A stretch of 64,000 nucleotides of DNA from Spongospora subterranea f. sp. subterranea (lineage: Eukaryota), in contig JAUGWO010000142.1 of the NCBI GenBank assembly GCA_049724395.1, forward strand, positions 62,001 through 126,000, read 5' to 3'. The position numbers were made by a program, and so were the translations under genes. A model generated the notes under the pieces. The model was not told where the DNA came from. It saw only the letters and a list, made by a program, of their open reading frames with translations, and did not search any database. Below, in pieces: positions 1-11,923 of this stretch (its first letter is position 1; each line of letters opens with the position of its first letter).

Positions 1-546
<546 letters not shown>

Positions 547-1189
547 TCAGAACAGCCCAGATTGGCGTTAGATCAGCGTGTCCAGCTAGACCACACACTA
601 CACCCAACTGCCACTTTCGAAATGCTTTACCTGGACAGCGCATATTTGTGCACGCTCCATAATCTCATCCCATATGTACACTGAACTGTACCTAACGTCA
701 CATCGTGGCTTGAACACGACTGACTGACAATGGATTAACAATTTAAGTGCATATGACGAGAGATCATCGGTTCTGGCGTGGCACCAGATTTAGCCACAAC
801 GGTGCGCGTGACATGATGCCAGGGTATGATGCCAGGGTATGGATACCGGAATTGTAAGTTTATTGACGTTCTGGCAACGTGTCTGCGTAAATCGGAATTT
901 CTTCTCCTGCCGTCTCCAGAAGACTGACAGAACCGGCAAGGCTTCCCGCATGGTATCGAGCTGAACGACAAAGGCAAAGTGCGCTCAGTTGGTGTTTTTC
1001 CCTGACCAAACACTAGAACGGAATCTGTTCTAAAACATTGGTAATTCGTACTTAATATTTATTGAAAACCCCCTCAAATAGCTCTGATTATATCGCATGG
1101 GCCTTCTGCTATGAAGCAAACCGTCCCGTTTATAGCGCATACTTTGTCTGTCGATTGCATTTCGATTTTGATATGCACAAATATATCGC

Positions 1190-3074
1190 TTAGGCCAACG
1201 CCAGCCTTTCCTGGTCCGGGAATCGTTTCTTGAGCTCTGTGACCTCGCGGTCCAACACCGCCAGCTGAAATTCCACTCGTTCACTGATCTCTTTCAGATC
1301 CTGAGCCATTCGATCATCTAACTCCTTATCATTGATCTGAGTTCACAGCAGATTTCAACTGAAGCTGTGGTTAGAATGAACGTTTTGACCGACATTGACC
1401 GCAACATCTTGCATTATCTCTAGTACGGTGCGGAGCTGGTTAGGGAGCCAGGTGACAATCGGCGACCCACCAGTCGCAACGGGATGATCCGAATACTTCA
1501 GGATATATTCCTTCGTGAAACTCCAATGTCTCAATCTGAAATTACGAACGCAATCGACCACCTTCAAGTACAATACTGCAGGTTGTGAGAAAAAGAGTCC
1601 CATCCCGAAAAATCATACACGTTCTGCTTACTCGATGATAATGGATCGTCCTGGGCGTATTTCCGTATATGTAAATTGTTGGCTTGATCTGCAACCCAGG
1701 CAACCCATTGAGAATGATTTGATGGGCGGTATGTTCGAAAGTCTTTGAGAATGTCGGTCAACGCGTTGGAAGGCATCGCTTCGGTAAGTTGAAGCAGGTT
1801 GTCTACGATGGCAATCTCACACAAAAGTTGATGATGGGATCACGCTCTCAATACTAACCGACTGTAGGAATCATCGAATCATTCGCTCCTGATTCGCCAC
1901 GATAAAATTGTGGTTCCTCAGACACACCTTCGTAGACCACACCTGGAAATAATTGAACATATAACATTACCAGAAATTGCGCTTAATACCATTAGGGAAC
2001 ATGGGCTGATTCTTAGTTCCCATTATAAACGTACGGAAGTGTTGATACTCTTCAGTTTTTGCACAGACCCACATTGTTTCCATCACTCCATTTATCAACG
2101 TAAGGGTTGTCGCCAAATCCTACTCAGACTGTAAGAAAAATCAAACTCAACGGAGGTAGTAAACTACCGTTAAGCCGATGTTAAACTTCGATCTGAACTG
2201 TTCAGCTCGCCCATCTAAAGTCGCAAGGGTTGCCTTTACTAGACTCGAAGAATGTCGGACCATGGCGACATGAACCAAAATGAACCCACGCTCAGATGGC
2301 GAGCCCTGTAATAACTGAGTCAAAACTTCTTGCACACTTGAAAAGAAGAGCTAACAGAGAATTCTCTAATCAAATCTAGATTTTTGTAATCTAACGGTTG
2401 TTCTTTGCTGAGGCGCTTCCAATTGTAAAGAGCATACGATAATGCATACTCCATGAATGGTTTTGCACCGATCTTGTTCGCCACTTGTGTAAGCGGTATG
2501 GCGCTGTTTATACAGTAGTTGAGAATCAGATTTGGAGACCTCAATACCCCTACTGACATGCTTTTGGGAAGATGATCCCTCCCTAATCCATACTGCTTCA
2601 TGGCTCTATAGTTAACATCGCAAGGCTCCAGCAGATACGCTGATGCAGCGAAAGTGAAGTCGCGATATAATGCTGTGAGGACTGGATTTAAACTGGCGTT
2701 GGTTATCGAATATACGTAGTGAACCTGCAAGGAGTTGCATATCCTCGATATCGCTACAATCATATACCGGAAGCTCGGCTTTGACAGCGTCGCCGAATTG
2801 CCCAGTGGATAACAGGCCCGGTTTTCCGTCCCTCCTCTTGATGGGCATTCTGTCGAGGAGGTTTTCGAGGGCGGCAAAGCGGTCTGGCAACACAGCCAAC
2901 GGGTCCTGTCGCGGGAGTAGCCCAGTTTCCACATTTACAACAAACTGATTCAACACGTTATTTGCGATCATCGTTTGAGATTTCAAAAGACGAGGCGAGG
3001 CAAACCTGCGGTAATGTTGAATCATATTTAGCACGAGGATTGCGCCAGGTTTCCAAAGGATCCATTCCAGTCAT
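1190..3074 (-). CDS. Indoleamine 2,3-dioxygenase family protein (fungal IDO-like), multi-exon
   Basis: Spliced exons give STLPQ|FVVNVETGLLPRQDP...LYRDFTFAASAYLLEPC...PFMEYALSYALYNW...SERGFILVHVAMV...LKDFRTYRP...FRLRHWSFTKEYILK...ATGGSPIVTWLPNQL...RLALA*. ATG at 3074, TAA at 1190-1192. Confidence 0.85.
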
Positions 3075-3226
3075 TCTCGAACTGGGCGGCCGGTTATATC
3101 AATGTACGGTTCGATTCAAGTGCGAGATGTTTCTTGTATGAATGTGCCCACAGGAGCCACACAGTCGGCAATGGGCCGACTCCGACTGTCATCCCACGAA
3201 CTCTGCTCACAACGCGATGTCCCACA

Positions 3227-3540
3227 GGTCTCAGTGGGGGAAACGCGTTGTGAAACAGGCCATAGAGTACGGCCATCCCCCCTTAACTTAACATCACACA
3301 GGTCTCAGTGGGGAAAACGCGTTGTGAAACAGGCCATAGAGTACCATCACGGCCATCCCCCCTTAACTTAACATCACACAGGTCTCAGTGGGGAAAACGC
3401 GTTGTGAAACAGGCCATAGAGTACCATCACGGCCATCCCCCCTTAACTTAACATCACACAGGTCTCAGTGGGGAAAACGCGTTGTGAAACAGGCCATAGA
3501 GTACCATCACGGCCATCCCCCCTTAACTTAACATCACACA
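3227..3540. repeat. Minisatellite, 80-bp unit x4
   Basis: Three identical copies (3301-3380, 3381-3460, 3461-3540) of ggtctcagtggggaaaacgcgttgtgaaacaggcc...ccttaacttaacatcacaca. The first copy (3227-3300, 74 bp) lacks catcac. Confidence 0.97.
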
Positions 3541-3565
3541 GTCACACTACCGAGTACCGGTATTA

Positions 3566-3739
3566 TAACGACACACACAGTCCTATACACACGATTCCCT
3601 TCTGCCCGGTAACGACACACACAGTCCTATACACACGATTCCCTTCTGCCCGGTAACGACACACACAGTCCTATACACACGATTCCCTTCTGCCCGGTAA
3701 CGACACACACAGTCCTATACACCCGATTCCCTTCTGCCC
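3566..3739. repeat. Minisatellite, 44-bp unit x4
   Basis: taacgacacacacagtcctatacacacgattcccttctgcccgg starts at 3566, 3610, 3654 and 3698. The last copy has one substitution and is truncated. Confidence 0.97.
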
Positions 3740-4059
3740 ACAACGTGACCTGTAGACTTGACAAGAACGCTCAGAACAATTCCGCTGTGGTCAAGGCGCG
3801 TATGACCGAAGTGAATTTAGCCTAGAAAGGTCAACTAGGCCTCAGACTCCCCCGTTGACCCGAAAATAAATCAGCATATGTTCCCACTTTTTCGAAACGT
3901 TGTCAATCATGTCCCGCGAAATTATGCTCCGCGCCAGGCATAGCAGAGTGCGTATCAGAGTTAACCAGACGACGCTCTCTACAAAGGTTGATGCTCATTC
4001 AGCATCCTTATGTCAGGCCACGATGCTCCAACAAGTGGCCATTTCAGCATTTTCAAGAC

Positions 4060-4260
4060 CATCAGGTCACTGCGATTTAGATACTGGAGGCCTGGAAGGT
4101 CTAACTATGTTGGAAAGTGTAACTATTTTATATGAGATTTGTTGTCGAGCAAAGTCCAGTCACCATCAGCCAAACAATTTCTGTGCTCTTGACGAATTCC
4201 AATGACGTTTGGCGCTCGATCACCATGGACTTCATCGGCAAGTACCGTTGGTCTCGAGGT
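4060..4260 (+). mobile_element. Decayed Ty3/gypsy-type LTR retrotransposon integrase fragment
   Basis: Frame-broken pieces SGH / RYWRPG / EICCRAKSSHHQP / VWRSITMDFIG resemble the integrase Zn-finger to core consensus (GH..YWWPG..C..CQ..K...H.P...PW..ISMDFI). Confidence 0.5.
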
Positions 4261-4615
4261 CACGCTTCAAGTTTCCCGAGTTTTTGCGAAAACGCTGCGC
4301 CCGACTGGCGTTTAAGGTAGACTCGAACGTGTTTAAAACATCTCTGATAGCAACAATATGAGCAGTCGGTCGAATTTTGCGGCCTTCAGGTTTGCATACT
4401 TTATCGAAAAGCTTGAGCTTAGGTTCGGATGCAATCTTCACTACAACTACCTGTTGAGCTACTGATTGGCGCAGCTGTGACCGAATATGTACCCGTCTGG
4501 ATCCAGCGTCTTCCCGAGCATCCAAGATCGCCCCGTCGGGCGAATAGAGCCATGAAATGTTTACATCATCATTGTTGCCGTCGATACTCGGTAACAGTGC
4601 CTTAAATAAATATCT

Positions 4616-5953
4616 TTATAAGACAATGTCATATAGCTTTGCTATTGCAGCACAATCTTGTGCAGTGCTGGGGTCAGCATTGTACAACCTTCTGAATAAA
4701 TCACGGACCTCCATCTTTTGTTGATCGTTGAAAAACATGATCATAATGCCAAAACGGTCAACTGTCGATAAACCGCGAAGAATATTGAGCGCACCAGGGA
4801 GATTTGAACTATCAATGGATAACAGACAATCCATTATTACATCAGCATCGATAACTGTGCAGAATAAGCGAGGATACAATGCTACAGGTATCTGAATTAA
4901 GAACGAAAATAGTCGACCGGCATCACGATGTAGTGATCGAAATACATGCTCGAATTCATATGAGGTTTTTGGACAAGGTGGAAGAGCGCCAACTGTGGAA
5001 GAAGATTTCACAACCGCTGCAATTGAATCGGGCTTCAGAGATGAAATCGCGTTGGAAACTGTTGCAATTGCAGGAGAGCCCTCAGATCCATCACAATCAT
5101 CATCATCGTCACTGCTTCCTGATACTTCTTCGATAACGAGGCGGCGGCGGGGGAACTTCTGGGCCGGGGTCTTAGATTTAGGCTTGGAGAGATACGAACG
5201 AATGGTGGCAATGTGTTGCTGAGCGGCTTTGGCTGAGGGATGATCGGGCCCACACAAAGCCGACACTTGCTCGAAATCCATGATGGCGCTAAGCATTTTC
5301 TTGAGTGACGTCCTGGCGGTACCACGCCTCAGTAATACCTTAGCGTTGTCCTTGTCAGCGGCGAGCACGGCCGAGCAATCATTTTCAGCGTCCGCGTATC
5401 TTTTCAGGTTGAGATACGCGGCAGCCCGGTTAGCCAACGCCTTCAGATCCAGCGGGTTGATCTCTACACACTGGCTGTATAGTCCAACTGCTTCATGATA
5501 TTTTCCGGTCCTGAACCGTTCATTGCCTTTCTCGCGAATGTCTTCTGCAAAATGGGTCGCTGATGGCGCTCTGATAGGGATTTCGGCACATAACTAAACT
5601 TCAATCTAAAAATCTGCATTACGATGAACAAATACCGAGTTATTTACTGGAACAGTAATAGAGCGCCTTTCTCGTTCATCAACGTCTTCCAGCGCCTTAT
5701 TGACGTCGATTTTTTCCAATTTAGCATACCCTTTATCGAAGGTATGTGGTGCCGCTGAACCTCCACGACCCACAACCTTGTCGCTGCGACTAGACGGCGC
5801 TGGGCGACCAGTGCCGGTGTCATTCTCATTGCAAGCGTCCTGCCAATCATACACCTCCTGCACGAACTGGTTCAGCTCGTCCGCATTGTGGCGTATTTGT
5901 CGCTGCATGCGGAGCATGTCGCCATCCCCGTCCCTGGCGCTAGTGTTGGCCAT
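4616..5953 (-). CDS. RPAP3: RPAP3/SPAG1-like TPR co-chaperone with C-terminal RPAP3 domain
   Basis: N-terminal QRQIRHNADELNQFVQEVYDW; TPRs (REKGNERFRTGKYHEAV...ANRAAAYLNLKRYADAENDC); C-terminal PKTSYEFEHVFR...LRGLSTVDRFGIMIMF. One intron at ~5646-5594. Confidence 0.82.
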
Positions 5954-6158
5954 CGTCGATCTGACAAACGAACTCCGCAGAGCGCCAACGGATTTTTCTG
6001 ATAATCCAACTGGAATTTGTTTTGATTTTTTCACTACTTTATCGGTCACAGAGGGGACCTGATCGTTACCAATGAATCTATTTATTAGAAACAATAAGAG
6101 TTTATACAGAGACTAATATACAATGGGCATTTCCTTGGGGGCGATATGAGTATAATAA

Positions 6159-8123
6159 TTAAGGAAGCGGCGAGGGATAATGTACAGGTAGGGATTGGTA
6201 CAGCTTGCTGACGCCGCACGACTTCAGCTTGTTGACTGTGTTGACGATGGCGGCGGGTGGGTAGTTGGATAGCGGGCTGAACGATCCCTGGGAGTAGACA
6301 CTGCCGGATTGATTTACATGAGGACTCGATAGTAGTGGCTGATTGGCGTGACTTCTGGATTGCATGAACGCCGACAGGCATTGTCGACATAGCAAGAAAT
6401 AATCTCCTGCCATCTGGGTATTACTGCTGCAGATTCTCAGACTTCCTGTGCTGGATGTTTCGCAAGGCAATAGTTGTTGAGAATTCCTTTTACAAGCGAC
6501 ACAGAGCGGTCCATGGTTGTTGGGCTTTGGCGCAGGTTGGAGTTTCAGCGGCATAATGTTCTCAGACGACGACGGTGCCCTGAGATATGCCGATACGGGA
6601 GATGACTCGGCGCCAACGACGTCCGACGGTCGCGACTTCTTCGACCTTCGGCTGGCGAACTTCTGGACGGTGATGTCTCGCATGTCTTTCCTGAAGAACA
6701 TTCGCTGTTCGAACGACTGTAGGAACTCCTGATAGTACCGCTTTAATCTGTAGGACGCGTCGGTTACTGTCGGTGAGTAATTGGGGAGAGTACGAAATAT
6801 CCTGGCCCATGTCCCTTCGATGGCGACAACGGTGTCAAATCCTCCTCGTTGCGTCACTTCCCTGTACAGGTGGAACAGGTCCAGGTCTTTGCCACCCAGC
6901 GTGGGATTCCTCAGCATCGGACATGAGATCTCTTCCAGGAACACTTTCAGCCTAGCGTAGAACTCGTTCTTCTGGGCATCGTAGTCGCCATCACCCGGTT
7001 TCATCTCGGGCAATGTCTCGCCGGATAGCAGCTCCTCCTCCTCGACATCGCACGATGCGTGCTCCAGATCCCACCGATTCAGCTTGCACGTCCATTTGCC
7101 TTTGAGCTCGTCCAGGGGGATGTTATCCGGCAGCCGTCGCCATTTCAAGCACCTCGGGTTATCGCATTGCGCCCAATCTCGTTCGATTGTCGTATGAAAA
7201 TCGCCTTCGTTCCGGTCATCGCTGTTGATGGTCATGATCGTTTTCCGCATGTTTGGCAAGCTCGCATACGAGGCGGCAATCGCAGCAGCTCGTTCCGTCC
7301 GCGCTGCCTTTGACCGTCTCCGCTTCGACTTGTTCTCCAAAACGTTGTCTGAATAGCCTGCGTCCCGGTGACTGCTAATGGTTGAACCTTGTGACGCATC
7401 GTTGGTCATATAGGATTCCGATTGACTAGCGTAGAGTGGCACAGTTCGCTCCCGGTTACCGTCGGATGAAAATGTGGGTGACGATCTCAACGAAATCAAT
7501 GAGACGTGTTCTGCTGCCTTTAAAATCAGTGATGAGAAGTCCAAGATATCATAGGATTCACTTCCTTGACGGCTCTCATTGTACGTACAATCCCCTTCCG
7601 TTGAACTATCGCTCTCGGTTGAATCATCGTAGGCATCTACAGTTGACGGTGGCGAAACGGTTTCCTTCATTCCTGCGATGTACCCGTCTGCGACTGGCGT
7701 TGGCTTATTGGAGCGGATCGGCCGTCGGAACACGCCTCCGGATGACACAAAGGCTGGCCGTTCGCGACACAGTCGGCATTTGAAGAACCCAGGACCTTGC
7801 GATAAAGACATGGCCGACGTACCACTTTTCAGTTCGCATTGACGATGGACAAACCGGTGACAGACGTAGCAGGCGACCCAAAAGGCTGATGGGGGAACGG
7901 AACATGAGTAAATCTGGTCACAATGATGGCAGAACCGTTGGCTGTCGAAACTATCTGTACAGATACTGCACAAATGGGCAGGTTCACCGCCTATCATTCG
8001 AACCGTTTCAGGTCCAGTTAGTGCAGATCGACGGCAGCCGTGGTTCGAGCATTCGACCTCAGGGCCACAGTCGGGTAAGTTGGCGTCCCCAGGTGATGAC
8101 CCGTCATTCTCGCCGAAACCCAT
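6159..8123 (-). CDS. Chromatin protein with PHD-like Cys/His region, CW-type zinc finger and ARID domain
   Basis: Intronless 654-aa ORF. WVACYVCHRFVHRQC (PHD-like); WAQCDNPRCLKWRRL...WTCKLN (zf-CW); PTLGGKDLDLFHLYREVTQRGGF...W...LKRYY (ARID). Confidence 0.88.
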   Translation of the reverse strand: MGFGENDGSSPGDANLPDCGPEVECSNHGCRRSALTGPETVRMIGGEPAHLCSICTDSFDSQRFCHHCDQIYSCSVPPSAFWVACYVCHRFVHRQCELKSGTSAMSLSQGPGFFKCRLCRERPAFVSSGGVFRRPIRSNKPTPVADGYIAGMKETVSPPSTVDAYDDSTESDSSTEGDCTYNESRQGSESYDILDFSSLILKAAEHVSLISLRSSPTFSSDGNRERTVPLYASQSESYMTNDASQGSTISSHRDAGYSDNVLENKSKRRRSKAARTERAAAIAASYASLPNMRKTIMTINSDDRNEGDFHTTIERDWAQCDNPRCLKWRRLPDNIPLDELKGKWTCKLNRWDLEHASCDVEEEELLSGETLPEMKPGDGDYDAQKNEFYARLKVFLEEISCPMLRNPTLGGKDLDLFHLYREVTQRGGFDTVVAIEGTWARIFRTLPNYSPTVTDASYRLKRYYQEFLQSFEQRMFFRKDMRDITVQKFASRRSKKSRPSDVVGAESSPVSAYLRAPSSSENIMPLKLQPAPKPNNHGPLCVACKRNSQQLLPCETSSTGSLRICSSNTQMAGDYFLLCRQCLSAFMQSRSHANQPLLSSPHVNQSGSVYSQGSFSPLSNYPPAAIVNTVNKLKSCGVSKLYQSLPVHYPSPLP

Positions 8124-8397
8124 CTCCGCTCGATTCGGTCGGAGTCGTGGGCGCGAACGAACGACAGAGAACGAATGAGTCGAATGGCGTGTCGATTAAC
8201 TCAATGGACAGTGATTCGAATAGCGACTGAGGTTATGGTCGATATTGCCCAATATCCTGTCTGACAAATATCGTGGGCGCTATTGCGATACCACTCTCCC
8301 TGGCTGATGGCAGTCCCAGTGTTGCGCCGCCCCGTGCTGCCGTTTCCTTGCCTGTGGAGAATAAATCTCGGGTCGATCTCCACCTGAACCTGAAGAC

Positions 8398-8441
8398 GGG
8401 GGGGGGGGGACATACACTCTCTCTTTCTCTCTCTCTCTCTC
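8398..8441. repeat. G12 homopolymer followed by a (CT)n microsatellite
   Basis: Seen directly upstream of the ARID gene. Confidence 0.85.
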
Positions 8442-8826
8442 GATACAGAGTTGGGGCTCTGAATCGATAGAGCCGTCACATGGGGATATGTGTTGCTAAG
8501 GGCGACGCGGATGGATGGGCCGAGCCCGGCCCTGTAACTGAGGGCCCATGGGTGGGGGGAAGGGGTGCGGCCCCTGGCACGGGCTGGGCCTGTCGGGACT
8601 GGGTGGGGGCGATCACAGTCCCGGGATCCGGTGACTGAGTGATGGCACGTCGGCACTGGGGGTCGACTGGGTGGGTGGGTGGGCCCCCCCCGTCCACCCC
8701 CCGCGGGATGATGGCGCGACCCAATCGGGCTCGCCGGGCAAGCAGTTCTACCGGTAATCGTCACGGTACGGGGCTAGTCGAATGTTCGGTCTATTGAGGA
8801 CGAGTGTGTTGGTGTATGATTGGTGT

Positions 8827-11270
8827 TCAGCCCAGGCATTCTGAGAACAGTTTCCTGATATGATCGAGTTCCTGCTTCATCGCCGCGCATCGTTCAACCA
8901 CTCTGGCTCTTTCTTCGCGGGATTCGGCGATTCTTTCGTTGAGGGATATGTTGCGACCTTTCTGAGCGGCCCTGTCCCGGCTCTTGATATGGAACTCAAT
9001 CTCCTCCTCAATATCGCCCAGGATTGTCTCCTCTTGTCCAATACACTCCTTCATCCTCTCAATGTGCTTGCGACAGTTCTCACTGAATATCCTGTACTGC
9101 TCTTGTCGAATATGATCAATATGGGCCTTATGCCTGGCCCATATATCACTGGTCGTGTCTATCGCCACTTGGCTGGTCTTCTCCATCCCGTCCAGCGCCA
9201 CCAACGACTCCTTATAGACCCGGGCCAGTACGTCCAGATTGGTTAGTTTCAGGCTGGTCATGTTCTCCAGCTCCTTCAACGCCGTCTTGATCTGCCGCCG
9301 CGCCACATCATTCTCCATCTTCTCAATCAGGACCGTGTTTGTCGCTCGTTGACGGTCCCGCTCGGCCTGCAGGAGCTGCTCAATCTGGTTGGCGATCTCG
9401 GTCCGCGCCGTCTCACATTGCCCCAGGCTCGTTTGCAACCCCTCGTCCTTCTTGTCCAGCTGATCCAACGTCGACGACAGCAATGTCTTCCCGGACGACA
9501 CATTCCCATAGAATATATCCGCCTCTTCCTGAACTGCATCATTCTGTCTCTGGATGGCGCTACGACTGCCGCCCACGGTCGTCCTAAGTGCCTGTTTGAT
9601 CGTCCGCAGGCGCTCGCCCGTCTCTCCATCGAATTTCTCGTCGTCGCAATTCACGATCACCCGTTTACTGGATTCCAACGCCGCCCTGAACATCTTCTCG
9701 TTCTCCGCCTCCGATTCCCGAATCATGGCGATCTTCCCCTCGATCTTCAGCGCGTCCAGCCTCGATTCCAGGATGGCACATTCGAGGTTGAGCGCCGTGG
9801 AGTTCTTGGCCAGCTCATCGATGATGCTGATCCGGTCGGATTCACAAACCTGTCGCAGGACGGCGACCGTCTCTTTCAGCACATCCGAGTTCAGCGCCCC
9901 AGGTGGATATCGTCCCCCGTCAACGGCGACGTTCAGCTCCGATATCGCTTTGGCCAGATTGGCGTAATCAGACGATTGCGGATTGGAATCCTGAATGGCG
10001 ATGATCTCCGAGTGAATCGCCTCCAGTCGTTCAGGTTCACATAACTGTCTGAGGTTCATCTCGATCTCTTCATTGCTCATCCTGCATCGCTCATCCAACT
10101 TCTCCCGCGAAATTCGAATCACGTTGTCGAGCTCGGCGATCGGCTTCTTCATATCGACACAGGCGATCCTGGATTCGAGCGCCATCACCTCCCCCTCGGC
10201 CTCCTTTTTGAACCGGGCCATAATATCCCACAGCTGTTGATTGCTGTGCTGAATGGGGAGCTGGTTCGCCGCCGTGGCTGTTGCCGCCTCGATCAGTGGA
10301 ACTGGTTCGGGGATCCGCCATCAATCCTTCACGACAAGCTCGGGACGCGATGACTCCGGCTTCAACTTCATGATGGGACTGTAGTTTGTGCAAGGTTTGC
10401 TTGATGACGCCCATCTGCCTGATCCGTCTGGGCTTATCGGGAACGGCATCGACGACGACCGGATCAACGGGAGGAACACCGGTATTCGACTGGGAAACCG
10501 CTGAGTCACCGGACGAAACCGATGGCGCTACCTGCGGGCGTTGATCATCAGTGGGAACCGGCGGCGTCCTTGATGAAGAGGTCCTTTGGTCGAGCCGAGG
10601 CGGGCGGATAAACGCCCATCTGTTCAGCCGCTTTCGTCAGGAACGACGCCATTCGATGATCGTGGTGCATCAGCGCCAGATCGATCGGGGTTTTGCCATC
10701 GGATTGGCGCATGGTCAGGCAGTCCGGGTCGGGGCAGTGCTCCAATATCAGCTGGGCCAGTTTCACATTGCAGGTTTGGGCGGCCAGGTGCAGGACGTTC
10801 TGGCCAACCTGGTCTGTGGATCGCAGCCCGGCACCGCCATTCGCGATCAGCAATCCGACGATGGCCTCGTTCCCCTCCAGCACCGCCAAGTGCAGCGAGT
10901 TCCGCCGCCTGGCGTCGACAATGGACGGATCCGCTTTACACTGGTCCAACAGGAACCGGACCATGTCGACGTTCGAGTTGGCGACGGCGAACTGCAATGG
11001 CGTTCGTGGATCCCAGGCCGCCATCGGCCTATTGACGTCGCTCCCACAATAGATCTGTTGGGCTTTGACCAGGTCCCCTTCCCGAACGCACGTGCACAAC
11101 GCTTGGAATTCGTCCCGGTCGCTGGTGGATTTGCGACCACCGATTTTCATCATTCTGTTTCGACTGGATTTCAAATGGTTCTTGACACGAGCCAGTGCCG
11201 ACATTGATCGTTCTACCGGCCGATGTAATGGAGTCGGCCGAATTCGTCCCCTCATCTCACAATCCACCAT
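8827..11270 (-). CDS. Ankyrin-repeat + long coiled-coil (paraflagellar-rod-like) protein, copy A; two +1 frame breaks
   Basis: Ankyrin repeats (RTPLQFAV, NSLHLAV, NVLHLAA, KTPIDLA) lie in 11270-10548. A Pro/Ser linker follows in the +1 frame (~10570-10312), then the coiled-coil ORF runs to 8827. Collinear with the paralog at 11924-14211. Confidence 0.75.
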
Positions 11271-11923
11271 AAACTATTGCCTGCCCCAATCTCCACCTAC
11301 CTTCTCTCTGTTATGCTCAGGAAGGATTCGGCCGATCTGACATACGCCCTAGCGCCAATGAGAACCGCCGCCTATAACCACAATAATGGCCATCGAGTTG
11401 AGACATCTCAGATTGATCAATCAACATCATTGGTCGATACAATGGCAGATCGTCATCTCAGACCATAGAAATGAAATACAATGAACATTTATATTATGAG
11501 GTCGGTCCAATTGTCTGATATTCCGGTCTCGACAAAACATCGACGTTTCCCTGTTTTTTGGTGTTTCTTGAACCAATTGTATTCCCAATACGATATCCCC
11601 ACCGATATTGGCGGACACTCCTGAAATGGCGATAATCTGTGGTTAGCGCCATGAGTGGGTTGGCGGCGATTGGACCAGGGAGAGGGTAATTAGAGTGGGA
11701 GCGCCTCCTGGTCTGGTTGGCCAGTGTGTGTCTGTGTGTTGTTGTGTGTGTGATATCTTCCTCGGTCGCCGATTCTGTTCGAGAGAATCACCTGCACGTG
11801 GGGACTGGTTGCAGAAGGGAAAACCCCATCAAGGGGGGATCGGCGAACAAAATCGCTCAACCAACACACTCTTCATTCCATAGTTCATTCGATATCGACT
11901 CGCGAACACCGCAACGCTGAACC

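Noticed and set aside
3083..3120. tRNA or tRNA-derived SINE head (GGTTCGATTC B-box-like)
   Set aside because: No T-stem pairing or cloverleaf, and the A-box match and spacing are poor.
3227..3739. CRISPR-like array
   Set aside because: The units are head-to-tail with no unique spacers, there are no cas genes, and the context is eukaryotic.
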